Shown here: positions 12,800 through 25,580 of the stretch, piece after piece
How the letters are laid out: each line of letters starts with the position of its first letter
Numbering within the stretch: position 1 is the first letter of the stretch
DNA from: Octopus sinensis
Lineage: Eukaryota
NCBI RefSeq assembly: GCF_006345805.1
Contig: NW_021832254.1
Coordinates: 1 to 64,000 of the forward strand
DNA length: 64,000 nucleotides
Direction of reading: 5' to 3'
Program-made: the position numbers and the translations under genes
The notes under the pieces: model-generated
The model's database searches: none
What the model was told of the DNA's origin: nothing
The model's input: the letters and a program-made list of their open reading frames with translations, nothing else

Positions 12800-13320
12800 A
12801 GATAACTTTCTCTCTATAGATTACCATAGATTAGCTAATTATAACTCCATATATAAAGCATAGTGCAAGCGAGGTGGAGAAAGGTTCAATGAGAATACGG
12901 AACCTAATGTAAGTTACATCTCATCTTTGAAAACAATACTTGGTATTTCTAAAATATATAAAAAAATGAAAGATGAGAAATGTTTCGGATCAAGTATTAG
13001 GCGTGAGAATCTTATAATAGAAGTTTTATGTAGTCAATGTGACAAAATATAGGGGGGAAAGAAAAAAAGTTGATAGAATGTATTGGAAGAACATTATGGA
13101 CTCTTGTTTACTGAAGAGCCGTAGGTACAACATGAAATAAAAAATAATGGAGAATATAAGAAAAAGTGGGAAATACGATAACAAATATGGTGATGTTATA
13201 TTTACGAAGTCTACTGTTAAGAAAATTAAAAATAGCATCTGTGGAAATGTAGTAAGAAAAAATATCAAAGATATAAGATGATAATTAATAGAGAGGGTAA
13301 AAAAATCCGAAATTATAATA
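12800..13320 (-). pseudogene. Possible highly decayed reverse transcriptase fragment (PLE-like)
   Basis: Frameshifted minus-strand translation gives LIS(F)DIFSYY-ISTDAIFNFLNSRL and later LSP....ALYME, reminiscent of RT motifs SFDVxSLYTNIP and GSPLSPxLANLYME. The match is weak. Confidence 0.3.
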
Positions 13321-14295
13321 GTGTAGGGGAGATAAATAAGATGAAGTAGCGAGATTTGTTTGGATGTTGGAGAAAATGAAATGTGAAAAAATAAAAATAG
13401 AAGTTTATAGAACAGCATTAAATGTATATGGATAATGTTATACAAAAAATATATATAAAAAGTTTTGTCATATATAGTTTTCCGTGCTAAGTTTTTTGCG
13501 AGAAACAGCGGGCACTACTATATATATATATATGTAAAAAAAAAAAAAGATCTTGTACATGTAAATCAGACAGTAATAATTTACTGTAAATACCTGTCTG
13601 TCTATAAATATACGGAGTATGTACGGACAATAATGGACAACATTTTATCATACAACGAAAAATACGATAATACAGATGTGTACATCATACACGAAAATAA
13701 GGAGTTGCTGTTATATAGAGAACACATGTTGATGCATACACACGTCCATATTAGTTTAAAAGATATTCTTAAAGTCTATAGTAGTGCTGCAGGTGTGAAT
13801 GTACATTATTATAATGTATAAATGCCAAAAAAGTACGTTGTTTTAAAATATGTATATAAGGATAATGATATATATGTGAAAGATATTTAGGATTATTATA
13901 AACATTTGAAAAAGTTTAAAAATAAAAAAAAATAGAGGAATAAAAATAATAAATAAATGAATTCAAAATAATTTTTTAAAAAAAGAAAACAAAGAAAAAA
14001 TGATAATTGATAAATAAAAAAATAAAAGTAGTTGTAAAAATAGTTCAAAATCCAGGTTGCTAAAAACAGTATCTCTATGTAAAAATTAAATAAGAAAGGT
14101 AAAAAATAAGAAAAATTAAAATTAATTAATGGGAAAGATGATAATGACCATAGATGGAGATCAAAGTTCAATACCTATTTCAGATTAACTACGTGTAATA
14201 ATTAGAGATTAGAATAATTTTTAAGAAGTACTTGGCTACATAAGAAGTATATGAAAATAAGGAATAATTATACATATTATATCAATATATATATA

Positions 14296-14714
14296 GGCGC
14301 AGGAGTGGCTGTGTGGTAAGTAGCTAGCTAACCAACCACTTGGTTCCGGGTTCAGTCCCACTGCGTGGCATCTTGGGCAAGTGTCTTCTGCTATAGCCCC
14401 GGGCCGACCAATGCCTTGTGAGTGGATTTGGTAGACGGAAACTGAAAGAAGCCTGTTGCATATATGTATATATATGTATGTGTGTGTGTGTTTGTGTGTC
14501 TGTATTTGTCCCCCTAGCATTGCTTGACAACCGATGCTGGTTTATTTACGTCCCCGTCACTTAGCGGTTCGGCAAAAGAGACCAATAGAATAAGTACTGG
14601 GCTTACAAAGAATAAGTCCCGGGGGCGATTTGCTCGACTAAAGGCGGTGCTCCAGCATGGCCGCAGTCAAATGACTGAAACAAGTAAAAGAGTAAAAGAG
14701 TAAAGAGTAAAAGA
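14296..14714 (+). mobile_element. SINE family B, full length
   Basis: A-box TGGCTGTGTGG, B-box-like GGTTCAGTCCC, CORE-like CTTGGGCAAGTGTCTT, internal (TA)n(TG)n, tail (GTAAAAGA)n. Confidence 0.9.
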
Positions 14715-14742
14715 GTATAGTGCAATGACATATTATGTCACC

Positions 14743-15080
14743 AGGAGGCGCAAGGTCCCAGTGGTTAGGGCTACTGACTCGCGGTCGTGAGATCGCGGTT
14801 TCGATCCCCAGATCTGGCGTTGTGAGTATGTATTGAGCGAAAACACCTAAAGTTCTGCGATGCACCGATAGGGGCTGGTGCTGAGCCCTGCTGTATTCTT
14901 TCACCACAACCTTCAGTTTTTTTCCTGTTTCTGTTGTACCTGTATTTCAAAGAGCCAGCCTTGTCACACACTGTACATGTCTGTGGAGTGCTCAGCCACT
15001 TATACGTTACTTTCACGAGCAGGCTGTTCGGTTAATCGGGTGAACAGAAACCCTTGTCGTCGTAAACACCGGGGTGCCAC
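14743..15080 (+). mobile_element. SINE family C (tail type i)
   Basis: Head GGAGGCGCAA.G.CCCAGTGGTTAGGGC...GTTTCGATCCC; body and tail match 17212-17600. Confidence 0.85.
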
Positions 15081-15322
15081 GATAAATTTATAATTTTAGG
15101 GTAAAAAGCATCATGTAAGGGTACATCTATAAGTTGCAATATTATAGAATAAGTGTACATCATATATACACAGTAGAATATATGTATATACACATATATG
15201 CATACAGAGGTACACATACACTTATATGCACATATAAGTACATACTACATATACACGTACATATATGTACATACACATGTATATAAATATACATACATAC
15301 ATAAATATATATATACACACAA

Positions 15323-15386
<64 letters not shown>

Positions 15387-15689
15387 GTATTTACTAATTA
15401 ATCTTTATTCTAGACTATTTAATCACCTTTGAGATAAATTATGTTTTATTATACTAGTATTGACAGGCGTATATTTATAATAAATTATTAATTTCCAAAT
15501 ATTTATTTAGATATATCATAAGATTTGATATGTTTATAATTTAATCGTTAAAAATTTCCTTAGATACAGCATTTCAATATATATCTTAATTGAACTTTAG
15601 ATATTTAATATTTTTAAAATATATTTTTAATTTTTAATATGATTTTTAACTTTTAATTTTTAACTTTTACCCGTACATAACGATAATAT

Positions 15690-15774
15690 ACTTAGACTGA
15701 GGACACACTGGTGGATTTATGTATTAAATATAGCCTTAATACACCCCCACAGCGCAGAAACACGTGCAGATATT
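15690..15774 (+). ncRNA. Degenerate hammerhead motif with long stem II in an AT-rich PLE-like remnant (15383-15830)
   Basis: CTGAGGA 15697-15703; stem II with GTGG/CCAC and GTATTAA/TTAATAC; GAAA 15757-15760; palindrome CACGTG; U16.1 changed to C. Confidence 0.45.
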
Positions 15775-15849
15775 ACTTTTACTACCTTCTTTATCATAAG
15801 AATAATATACATAACATTCCTACATAAGAATTATATATATATATATATA

Positions 15850-16112
15850 TCACCGTGACGACCAGGCTATTAGATGTTGCTACACATCGCTGGTCACAAT
15901 GCGCTTCGCATTGTTTTAGCCTTCAAGCGAGCAGGCCAACAGAAGAAAGTGTGAGAGAAAGTTGTGGTGAAAGAGTACAGCCACGACCCACTGCCGGGGC
16001 CTCGTGAAGCTTAGGTGTTTTCGCTCAATAAACACACACAACGCCCGGTCTGGGAATCGAAACCTACAACCGCGAGTCCGCTGCCTTAACCACTGGGCCA
16101 TTGCGCCTCCAC
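15850..16112 (-). mobile_element. SINE family C (tail type ii)
   Basis: Family C head; tail GCTAAAACAATGCGAAGCGCATTGTGACCAGCGATGTGT matches 34708-35005. Confidence 0.85.
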
Positions 16113-16117
16113 ATATA

Positions 16118-16155
<38 letters not shown>

Positions 16156-16299
16156 GCACACCACACACGCATATAGTAGCTATTTATATGTGTCCCATAA
16201 TGCATGTGTGTATTTGAGTATTTCCATCTATGTGCATTTGTGTTTATCTCAGCGTCTGTCCACTTGCTTGGACAAGTGTGAATGTGAGTGCATATGTGA

Positions 16300-16330
<31 letters not shown>

Positions 16331-17211
16331 TTGTGTCCATGCGTTCATGTGGGTGTGTGTGTTGTGTCCATTCGTTCATGTGTGTGTACGTTTCTGTGTT
16401 GAAAGCACAGCGGAAGTCAGTTCATAGCGTTTGTACATTAGCTTATTAAATTCTCTCTGTAACTCAATTCAATCTTGAAATTCGAGAGTCTCATTCGAAG
16501 AAAGAACTGGCGAAATATCTAATGTCTTATATTACTTTCTTCACAATTGTGCACAGATCAAACCGTCTGATTTGAAAGCCAAAAATATATTTCTAAATCA
16601 TAACATTCAACTTGGTATCATATTGTTTCTCTGTCACGACGGTTTATAGGCTGTATAATATATAGTTACGTTAATATCAAACATAAACTTCGCTCAATCA
16701 ATATCTCACTGAGTTATCTCTAGGGAACTATTATTCATTGTAACCTTATATATAGCTACTGACCTGTACAATCAATTGGATGGGCTCAAAATCTTCCATT
16801 GTATTGTTGCTATTATTGTTGCTGTAATAGCAGCAGTAGTATTTCTTGTTGTTGTTGCTTTTGTTGCTATTGTATTTGTTGGTGTTGCTATTGTTGTTGG
16901 TTTTCTTTAGAGTTCCAAATCAGCCGTGACGGAGAAGACTAATGTACATCGACTTTTAAGCTACGATTCTCTCATCTTTTAACTCTCATACATTAAATCT
17001 CAGACGGCTCTAGCCATTGCGATCTTCTTTTCCTGATAGAATGGTAAAGTGAAGTCTGAGTGAACATTCCTTTCTATTTCTAATTCCTCAAGTATCCACG
17101 CAGGGGCTCACACAACGGCTACAGCTATCGAAATTCTATGTCGCTGTTGAGCACCTCGTCGCACTTCTACTGCAAACACTCCCATTTTTTTCCAGTTCTT
17201 GTATACCTGGG

Positions 17212-17600
17212 AGTGGAGGCACAATGGCCCAGTGGTTAGGGCAGCGGACTCGCGGTCATAGGATCGCGGTTTCGATTCCCAGACCAGGCGTTGTGAGTGT
17301 TTATTGAGCGAAAACACCTAAAAGTTCCACGAGGCTCCGGCAGGGGATGGTGGTGATCCCTGCTGTACTCTTTCACCACAACTTTCTCTCACTCTTACTT
17401 CCTGTTTCTGTTGTACCTGTATTTCAAAGGGCCGGCCTTGTCACTCTCTGTGTCACGCTGAATATCCCTGAGAACTACGTTAAGGGTACACGTGTCTGTG
17501 GAGTGCTCAGTCACTTACACGTTAATTTCACGAGTAGGCTGTTCCGTTGATTCGAATCAACCGGAACCCTCATCGTCGTAACCGACGGAATGCTTCCATC
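17212..17600 (+). mobile_element. SINE family C (tail type i), full length
   Basis: tRNA-like head with A and B boxes; near-identical reverse complement of 59125-59482. Confidence 0.9.
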
Positions 17601-17617
17601 CATACCTGGGAATGCAT

Positions 17618-18220
17618 TACCTATTTCTTTACTACCCACAAGGGGCTAAACACAGAGGAGACAAACAAGGACAGACAGACGCATTAAGTCGATTACAGCG
17701 ACCCCAGTGCGTAACTGGTACTTAATTTATCGACCCCGAAAGGATGAAAGGCAAAGTCGATCTTGGCGGAATTTGAACTCAGAACGTAGCGGCAAACAAG
17801 ATACCTATTTCTTTACTACCCACAAGTGGCTAAACACAGAGGAGACAAACAAGGACAGACAGACGCATTAAGTCGATTATATTGACACCAGTGCGTAACT
17901 GGTACTTAATTTATCGACCCCGAAAGGATGAAAGGCAAAGTCGATCTTGGCGTAATTTGAACTCAGAACGTAGCGGCAAACAAGATACCTATTTCTTTAC
18001 TACCCACAAGTGGCTAAACACAGAGGAGACAAACAAGGACAGACAGACGCATTAAGTCGATTATATCGACCCCAGTGCGTAACTGGTACTTAATTTATCG
18101 ACTCCGAAAGGATGAAAGGCAAAGTCGACCTCGGCGGAATTTGAACTCAGAACGTAACGACAGACGAAATACCAGAAAGCATTTCGCCCGGCGTGTTAAC
18201 GTTTCTACCAGCTCGCCGCC
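17618..18220 (-). mobile_element. SINE family A, head plus three 184-bp units
   Basis: Units start at 17622, 17806 and 17990; GAATGCATTACC / GAATACATTACC flank the whole trimer (TSD). Confidence 0.9.
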
Positions 18221-18579
18221 TTGAATACATTACCGTGTGCATGTCACTGTTTAAACTGCATATGAAGATTTGAGGGAGATATGCCTATTGCTTCAAGGTC
18301 GCAAATCTACGTGAAATTTATCTTTCGTATTTGTTTCAGCGATCAGACATCTTGAATCACTTTTAATCGAATAAACAGGCCCTAGTATTTAGTTTGCTAT
18401 TTTTTTATGTCTGGTACAAATTCTGTTGCTCTATTTTGCGGAATCGATTGATTACGGGAAAGTAAACACACTAACACCGGTAGCCCAGCCTTAATGGAGA
18501 ATAAACACAGACACAAAGACACCTACGCTCGCGCTCACCGAACACCACACGCACAAAAACACACACACACACTAACACA

Positions 18580-19552
<973 letters not shown>

Positions 19553-19705
19553 ACGACGGATTTCTTTTAGTCTCCGTCTACCAAATTTACTCACAAGGTT
19601 GTAAACTGACTGCGTCGAAGACACTTTGCCAAGGTTGCAACCAGGCTGCAGGATTGAACCTGGAACCATGTGGTTGAAAAAAAACATCTTGCCACACAGA
19701 CACTC
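19553..19705 (-). mobile_element. SINE family B, diverged 5' half
   Basis: CCGTCTACCAAATTTACTCACAAGG...GGAACCATGTGGTTG. Confidence 0.75.
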
Positions 19706-20090
19706 GCATGCGTCTGTGATATTATTATTTTAAATCTCTGTTAGCACGGCACAGAAAGCTCTTAGAATACATTTTGTCCATCTTAGGTTCTGAGTTGAAA
19801 TTCGTCCGAGAAGGATTTTGCTTTCCATCCGTTCGAGTTCAAAGAAATGAGAACCAGTTGAGGCTGAGCATCTTTAGTAGGAAAAAATATTCTATATGCT
19901 CTGGGGCGATGCTAAGAGATTTCTGCTTGGTTTGAACTCAGAACGTAGGGAGCAAATATAAATACAGAATTATATGAGTCGTTTTAAGGCTTGCGCCGCC
20001 GCCACAACAAAGCATCTTCAATGTCAACGCGTACATGCATTAAGACTGCGCCGTTGATAATTTGTTGGAGCCATCTTGGAATCATTATTT

Positions 20091-20518
20091 GGACCTTTTC
20101 GGTTTGAACAGCAGTTTTTAACATAATTTCTAGGTAACTAAAAAACTTTAAACTTGGTATACTGGTAGAATGTGTTTATAAAACATATTTTTCTCTTGGC
20201 TTTATTGAGAAAATTCTATAGTTTGTAAGACATTTGTTTTTTTTCTTCAATTACTGCAATTTCAACCAATCAATGGCGTGTACTGAGGTAAAAAAAACAT
20301 TTTGTGCCGTATGAATATGTCCCTCGTTTAAGAAACAGATTGGGTTTATTTACATTTGTGAAGTAAAAAAGATACCCTTCCCCCCACCCCTAACCCTAAC
20401 TCTAACCCTAACCCTATAACAGATTGAAATGCAATAGATCGATACTAGGGTCATAATTATGGGTGACAATTTCATATGACACCGCTAGAAAAAACTGCCG
20501 TTCAAACCGAAAAGATAA
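20091..20518 (+). mobile_element. MITE with ~28-bp TIRs and internal telomeric (CCCTAA)n, copy 1
   Basis: TIR GGA(C/T)CTTTTCGGTTTGAAC.GCAGTTTTT / AAAAACTGCCGTTCAAACCGAAAAGAT; 8-bp TSD CATTATTT/CTTTATTT; CCCTAA repeats at ~20387-20414. Confidence 0.9.
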
Positions 20519-20744
20519 CTTTATTTTTTTATCCAGCTGGAGTAGAGTGTCGTTGTATGTCAGTGGTGTACCAGTGATACTCTCCTCACACACAGACACA
20601 TTCTTTAACAATTAGATGCAGTAACAGGTCTAAAGAAATGAAACCGTACCGTCTTATTACCTAAGATTTAAGAATGCCTTCGACTAGGCTTCAACGCGCT
20701 TTAAAAGATCCCTTGAGATCGATTTCTTCTACTAAAACCTTCAA

Positions 20745-21450
20745 GAAGGTGCCCAGCATGGCCGCAGTCCAATGACTGACACAAATAAAAGAGAGAAGAA
20801 ACTACAAGAAGTCCACAATACAAGGGTCCTTGATTTCCTTGGTTAAACCCTCGGATCTTTTCGGTTTGAACGGCAGTTTTTTTAAATAATTTCCACGTAA
20901 CTAAAAAATTTTAAACTTCGTATACTGGTAGAATGTGTTTATAAAACATCTTTTTTCTCTTGGTTTTACTGAGAAAATTCTATAGTTTGTAAGATATTTG
21001 TTGTTGTTTTTCTTTAATTTCAGCAATTTCAACCAATCAATGACGTCTATTGAGGTGAAAATATTCTGTGCCGTATGAATACGTCCCTCGTTTAAGAAAC
21101 AGATTGGGTTTATTTATATTTGTGAAGAAAAAAAGATACCCTCCCCCTAACCCTAACTAACCCTAACCCTAAAATAAATTGAAATGCAATAGATCGATAC
21201 TAGAGTGATAATTATGGGTGACAATTTCATATGACACCGCTAGAAAAAAACTGCCGTTCAAACCGAAAAGATCCAAATCCTTCGAGGCGGTGCTCCAGCA
21301 TGGCCACAGTCCAATGGCTGAAAGAAATAAAAGATAGAAGAAACGACAATAAATTCACAATACTGGGGTCCTTGATTTCCTTGAATAATACTTCAAGGTG
21401 GTGCTCCAGCATAGCCGCAGTCCAATGGCTGAAAGAAGCAAGCGAAAAGA
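20745..21450 (+). repeat. Tandem array (3 x ~115 bp) built on the SINE-B tail, interrupted by MITE copy 2
   Basis: GGTGC(T)CCAGCAT.GCC.CAGTCCAATG.CTGA...CACAATAC..GGGTCCTTGATTTCCTTG recurs at ~20748, ~21289 and ~21400. Confidence 0.8.
20853..21274 (+). mobile_element. Telomeric-repeat MITE, copy 2
   Basis: Perfect TIRs GGATCTTTTCGGTTTGAACGGCAGTTTTTT; approximate TSD AAACCCTC/AAATCCTT; CCCTAA at ~21145-21172. Confidence 0.9.
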
Positions 21451-22010
21451 CGAAGGATATACAAGGCAAGGTCTGTCGCTCTAGAGCTTCTCCCAGTTCG
21501 CCGCCTACAATTTTCTCGTTGTAGATTTAACATCCGATATTCGATGTACTACACAATAAATTATAGTCTTGTGAGTACTGATAAGTAATTACTGTTGTAT
21601 TTTGTTTTGCTATTTTTCTGTGTTTTTGATGACTGGTGGAAATAAGGTTATCACTTGGAGTTCACTGTGTGAGGTACATCTGTAATCACAACAGATAAGA
21701 GACTGCGAAATAGCAAGAACATTGTACTTTTTATGCTTCCTGGTTGAAACACTTTTTTCCCTTTTCCGTTCGTTATTAACGCCATGCTTATCGCTACGCC
21801 AATCACCGCCACCGCCGTACTAATGTTAACAACGGCATAGCTTTTACTAAGCCGTCACTACAGACGCTGCTACTCTTACGGAGAAGGAGAGCTAAGCATT
21901 GATAAGTGAAATTACAATGTTATTACAGCTCCGAATATGTTTGATACAGGTTCGAACTGGGGAGCAAGCTACACACTGCGTTTTTTTACGGATAATATAT
22001 CTCGCTTGTT

Positions 22011-22425
22011 GGCGGCGATCTGGCAGAAACGTTAGCACGCCGAGCGAAATGCTTAGTGCTATTTCGTCTGCCGTTACGTTCTGAGTTCAAATTCCGCTGG
22101 GGTCGACTTTGCCTTTCATCCTTTCGGGGTCGATTAAATAAGTACCAGTTACGCACCGCAGGCCATATAATCGACTTAATCCGTTTGTTTGTCCTTGTTT
22201 ATCCTCTCTGTGTTTAGCCCCTTGTGGGTAGTAGAGAAATAGGTATTTCGTCTGCTGTTACGTTCTGAGTTCAAATTCCACCGAGGTCGACTTTGCTTTT
22301 CATCCTTTCGGGGTCGATAAATTAAGTACCAGTTATGCACTGGGGTCGATGTAATCGACTTAATCCCTTTGCCTGTCCTTGTTTGTCCCCTCTGTGTTTA
22401 GCCCCCTGTGGGCAATAAAGAAATA
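22011..22425 (+). mobile_element. SINE family A, head plus two units
   Basis: Head GGCGGCGA.CTGGCAGAAACGTTAGC; junction GAAATA|GGTATTTC at ~22241; TSD ATAT(C/A)TCGCTTGTT. Confidence 0.9.
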
Positions 22426-23032
22426 TATATATATCGCTTGTTGACAACTGGTGTGTATACACTTAGATCAGCTCGCAGCGCCATCTAAGTAGACTGTGAT
22501 GTTAACATTTCGGAGTTGTTGCCTCCTCATTGGTCACAGACACTAAGCAGAGGGCACTGCGAGCTGAATTGAGAGATTACCTCTCTTCTGCTTTTCCAGT
22601 CACCGTACGATGACTGGCAGCTCTTACACGGTGGCTGGCCGTAAGTAAATTATGTAGGGGATGCGCTGAGCAGTCGTAAGGGGAATTGCAATATTGTTAT
22701 CATTCCAACACCATCACTAATATTACTACTACTATAAATACTATTGGTTTCAAATTTTGGCACAAAGCCAGCAATTTCTGGAGAGGGGCTAAGCTGATCA
22801 CATCGACCTCATTTTTCAACTGGGAGTTATTTTATCAACTCCGACAGGATGAAATGCAAAGTCGACCTCGGCAAAGCTTCAACTAAGAGTGCTAAAGATC
22901 CTGTCGGCTCGCAGTCTTGAAATTGCTTCAAATTTTGGCACAAGGCCAGCAATTTTGAGGGATGTGATCTGTCGATTACATTAACCCCATAACTGTGTGC
23001 GTGTGTGTGTGTGTGTGTCTGTGTGTGTGTAT

Positions 23033-23198
23033 ACACGACGGATCTCTTTCAGGTTCTGTCTCCGAAATCCATTGACAAGTAATTGTTCGAACCGAGGCTA
23101 TGGTAGAAGACACCTGCGTAGAGTGTCACGTAGTGGAACTGAACCCGGACCTTGTGATTAGGAAGCAAGCTTGTCACAACACACCCAGGCCTCCACCT
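23033..23198 (-). mobile_element. SINE family B, diverged 5' half
   Basis: GAGGCTATGGTAGAAGACAC...ACTGAACCCGG. Confidence 0.7.
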
Positions 23199-23993
23199 AT
23201 ACATAAGGATTTATTGAAATTACTATTGTACACATGTTTCAATAATAGATTCATTCAATATTTATATAATTAGAATCCATCTTTTCTTTAGCAACTGAAA
23301 TCTAAATTAAAATCTTAATATATGTTAAAAACGAAGAAAAACATATTTTTCTTTCCTTTTTAACAGTTATTTAGATTAGAATTGCTGAAGAAATTATGGC
23401 TATGTATTTTATAATCGAATGATAATTATATTATTGGGACATATGTACAATGGATATTTCAATAAAGTGTTTTATATATTTTATTACAATATTCAATGGA
23501 TTCTTAATGACACGAAGTGATTAACAAATAATTAGAAAAGCAGGTCTTTCATAATTCACATCATTTATATTTAGAGTTGCTAAGATACGCTTCAGTGTCT
23601 GTTTGTGTCTTAAAAGTCTTTAGCCCATTTTCTCATTGAAAATTATTATGTACGCGTGTGTTTGTGTATATATATATATATATGTATGTATGTATATATA
23701 TGTGTGTGTGTGTGTATGCACATATATATATATATATACATATATTTACATATATACATGTATATGCGTATATATATGTATACATATATACATTTATATA
23801 TACACACATATATACATATGAAAGCTATTTGAGCTAACAAGGCTACCGGTGGTTTTATGTATTGAGAAAACTTAACAATTATCTAGCATGCCACATAAGA
23901 ACGTTGGTACACGTCTCCAAAATTGAGAATATTTATCAACCAATACGGTGTCGAGCACACACGCATACTCACACAGACACACACAAACACACA

Positions 23994-24075
23994 CGAGGGT
24001 GGGTTGAAAAGTTCATAGGTTTACTACGAAGAAGTGATCCTAGACTTGTGATATCGCGTAAACATTAATTTCAAC
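23994..24075 (+). mobile_element. Mariner-like terminal fragment
   Basis: ACGAGGGTGGGTTGAAAAGTTC resembles a mariner TIR start (TACGAGGG..GTTGAAAAGTT); no partner TIR found. Confidence 0.4.
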
Positions 24076-24649
24076 TTGTCTCATTATTTTGTACTTGTAA
24101 GCCTTATTCACACGAACACAAAATGAAACAAACGTACATATATATGTAGGTATATGCGTACATGCACACACTCCTCAATGCGTCTGCAATGCCACGCGCT
24201 TGGATTGAACCCGGAACCAAGTGGTTAGAAAGGAAACTCCCTGTAACACAGCCACACCTGAGCCTATGTGTATACATTTGTATGTATACGTATCCCTGTT
24301 TGTGTGTGTGTGTGTGTGTGTGATCGTGGTTGCTCTTAATTATCACCAGATACTTCGCTGATTCGTTTACGATTATCTTAAACTGTATTCTCATGGCTTC
24401 TTCGAGAAATCTCCTAAATACCTGCGTGAGACAATCTAATCAACTCACGTCAAACTTCATCTTCTCGAAGTCTGACGAATTTATTATCAGAGTTGATCCC
24501 CACTGGGAGTTTAATCCCAACACAAAAGACTGAATCAAATATGTAGAAGCAAAGTTACTTTGCTCTATTCTTTCCCTTTTCGATCAACGAACCCCGAGAA
24601 AGTACTCGACGGATCGTACACCAATGCCACAATATGTTACCAACTAAGT

Positions 24650-25090
24650 CAACCTTTGTGACCGAATATTTAGAGTGCAGAACGGAGTGTTCTGTGTTCT
24701 GCGTTCGAATCCAAGCGGAGCCACGCTCGTGTTTCTTTCTTTTGCGATCGAGTGACCGAATATATAGAGAGATGAACAGAATGTTCTGTGTGTTCTGCGT
24801 TCGAATCCAAGCGGGATCACGCTTGTCTTTCTTTCATTTGCAATCGAGTGATCGAATATTTAGAGTGAGGAATGGAGTGTTCTGCGTTCGAATCCAAGCG
24901 GAGCTACGCTTGTCTTTCTTTCTTTTGCGATCGAGTGACCAAATATTTAGAGAGACGAACAGAATGTTCTGTGTGTTCTGCGTTCGAATCCAAGCGGCGC
25001 CAAGCTTGTCTTTCTCTCCTTTGCGATCGAGTGACCGAATTGCGTTCGAATCGAAACGGGATCACGCTTGTCTTTGTTTTGAAATCGATA
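24650..25090 (+). repeat. Tandem array of five tRNA-like (Pol III A-box/B-box/T-tract) units
   Basis: GTTCGAATC at 24703, 24799, 24886, 24982 and 25044; A-box-like GTGACCGAAT(ATTTAGAG) upstream of each; each unit ends in a T-rich tract. Confidence 0.75.
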
Positions 25091-25099
25091 AAATAAGAG

Positions 25100-25439
25100 A
25101 CCTCCCCTCTCTCTCTCCATCTTCCGTTGTCTCTCGGTCTGTCTTTCTTACCCTCACTGTCTTTCTTTCTCTTCCTGTTTAAGGCACTTATTCTACCTCT
25201 CTTTCTCACGCTCTCTTACTCTCTCTCTTTTCCCTGGCTTTCTCTCTTATTCCCCCACTTACCCTGATTTTTCTGTCTATCACTCTTACTCTGTCCTTTC
25301 TCTGTCTTTCTACCTGTCTCTTTCTTATTCTCACTCTCTCTCTCTTTCTATCACTCTCTCTCTTAGGTGCTCTCTCACTTTCTGTCTGTCTATCTTTGTC
25401 ACCCTTCCTTTCTCCATCTGCCTTCCTGTCTGTTTCTCT

Positions 25440-25481
<42 letters not shown>

Positions 25482-25580
25482 CTTTCTTTCCTAGTCCTGT
25501 CTGTCTCTCTTGCGCTTCTCTCTGTCAGACAGTCTGTCCATCTCTCCATCACTCCTTCCGTCTCTCGTTCACTCACTGTC
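25100..25580. repeat. Polypyrimidine (CT)-rich low-complexity tract
   Basis: Almost purely C/T on the + strand, including a pure (CT)n run. Confidence 0.9.

Noticed and set aside
24650-25090. CRISPR array or functional tRNA genes
   Set aside because: Inter-repeat segments are homologous, not unique spacers, and the context is eukaryotic. T- and D-stems do not pair and U33/R37 are absent, so these are not canonical tRNAs.
24634-25182. 182-aa repetitive ORF
   Set aside because: It is open because repeat spacings (96, 87, 96) are multiples of 3 and it runs into a CT tract; a tRNA-like array explains the sequence better.
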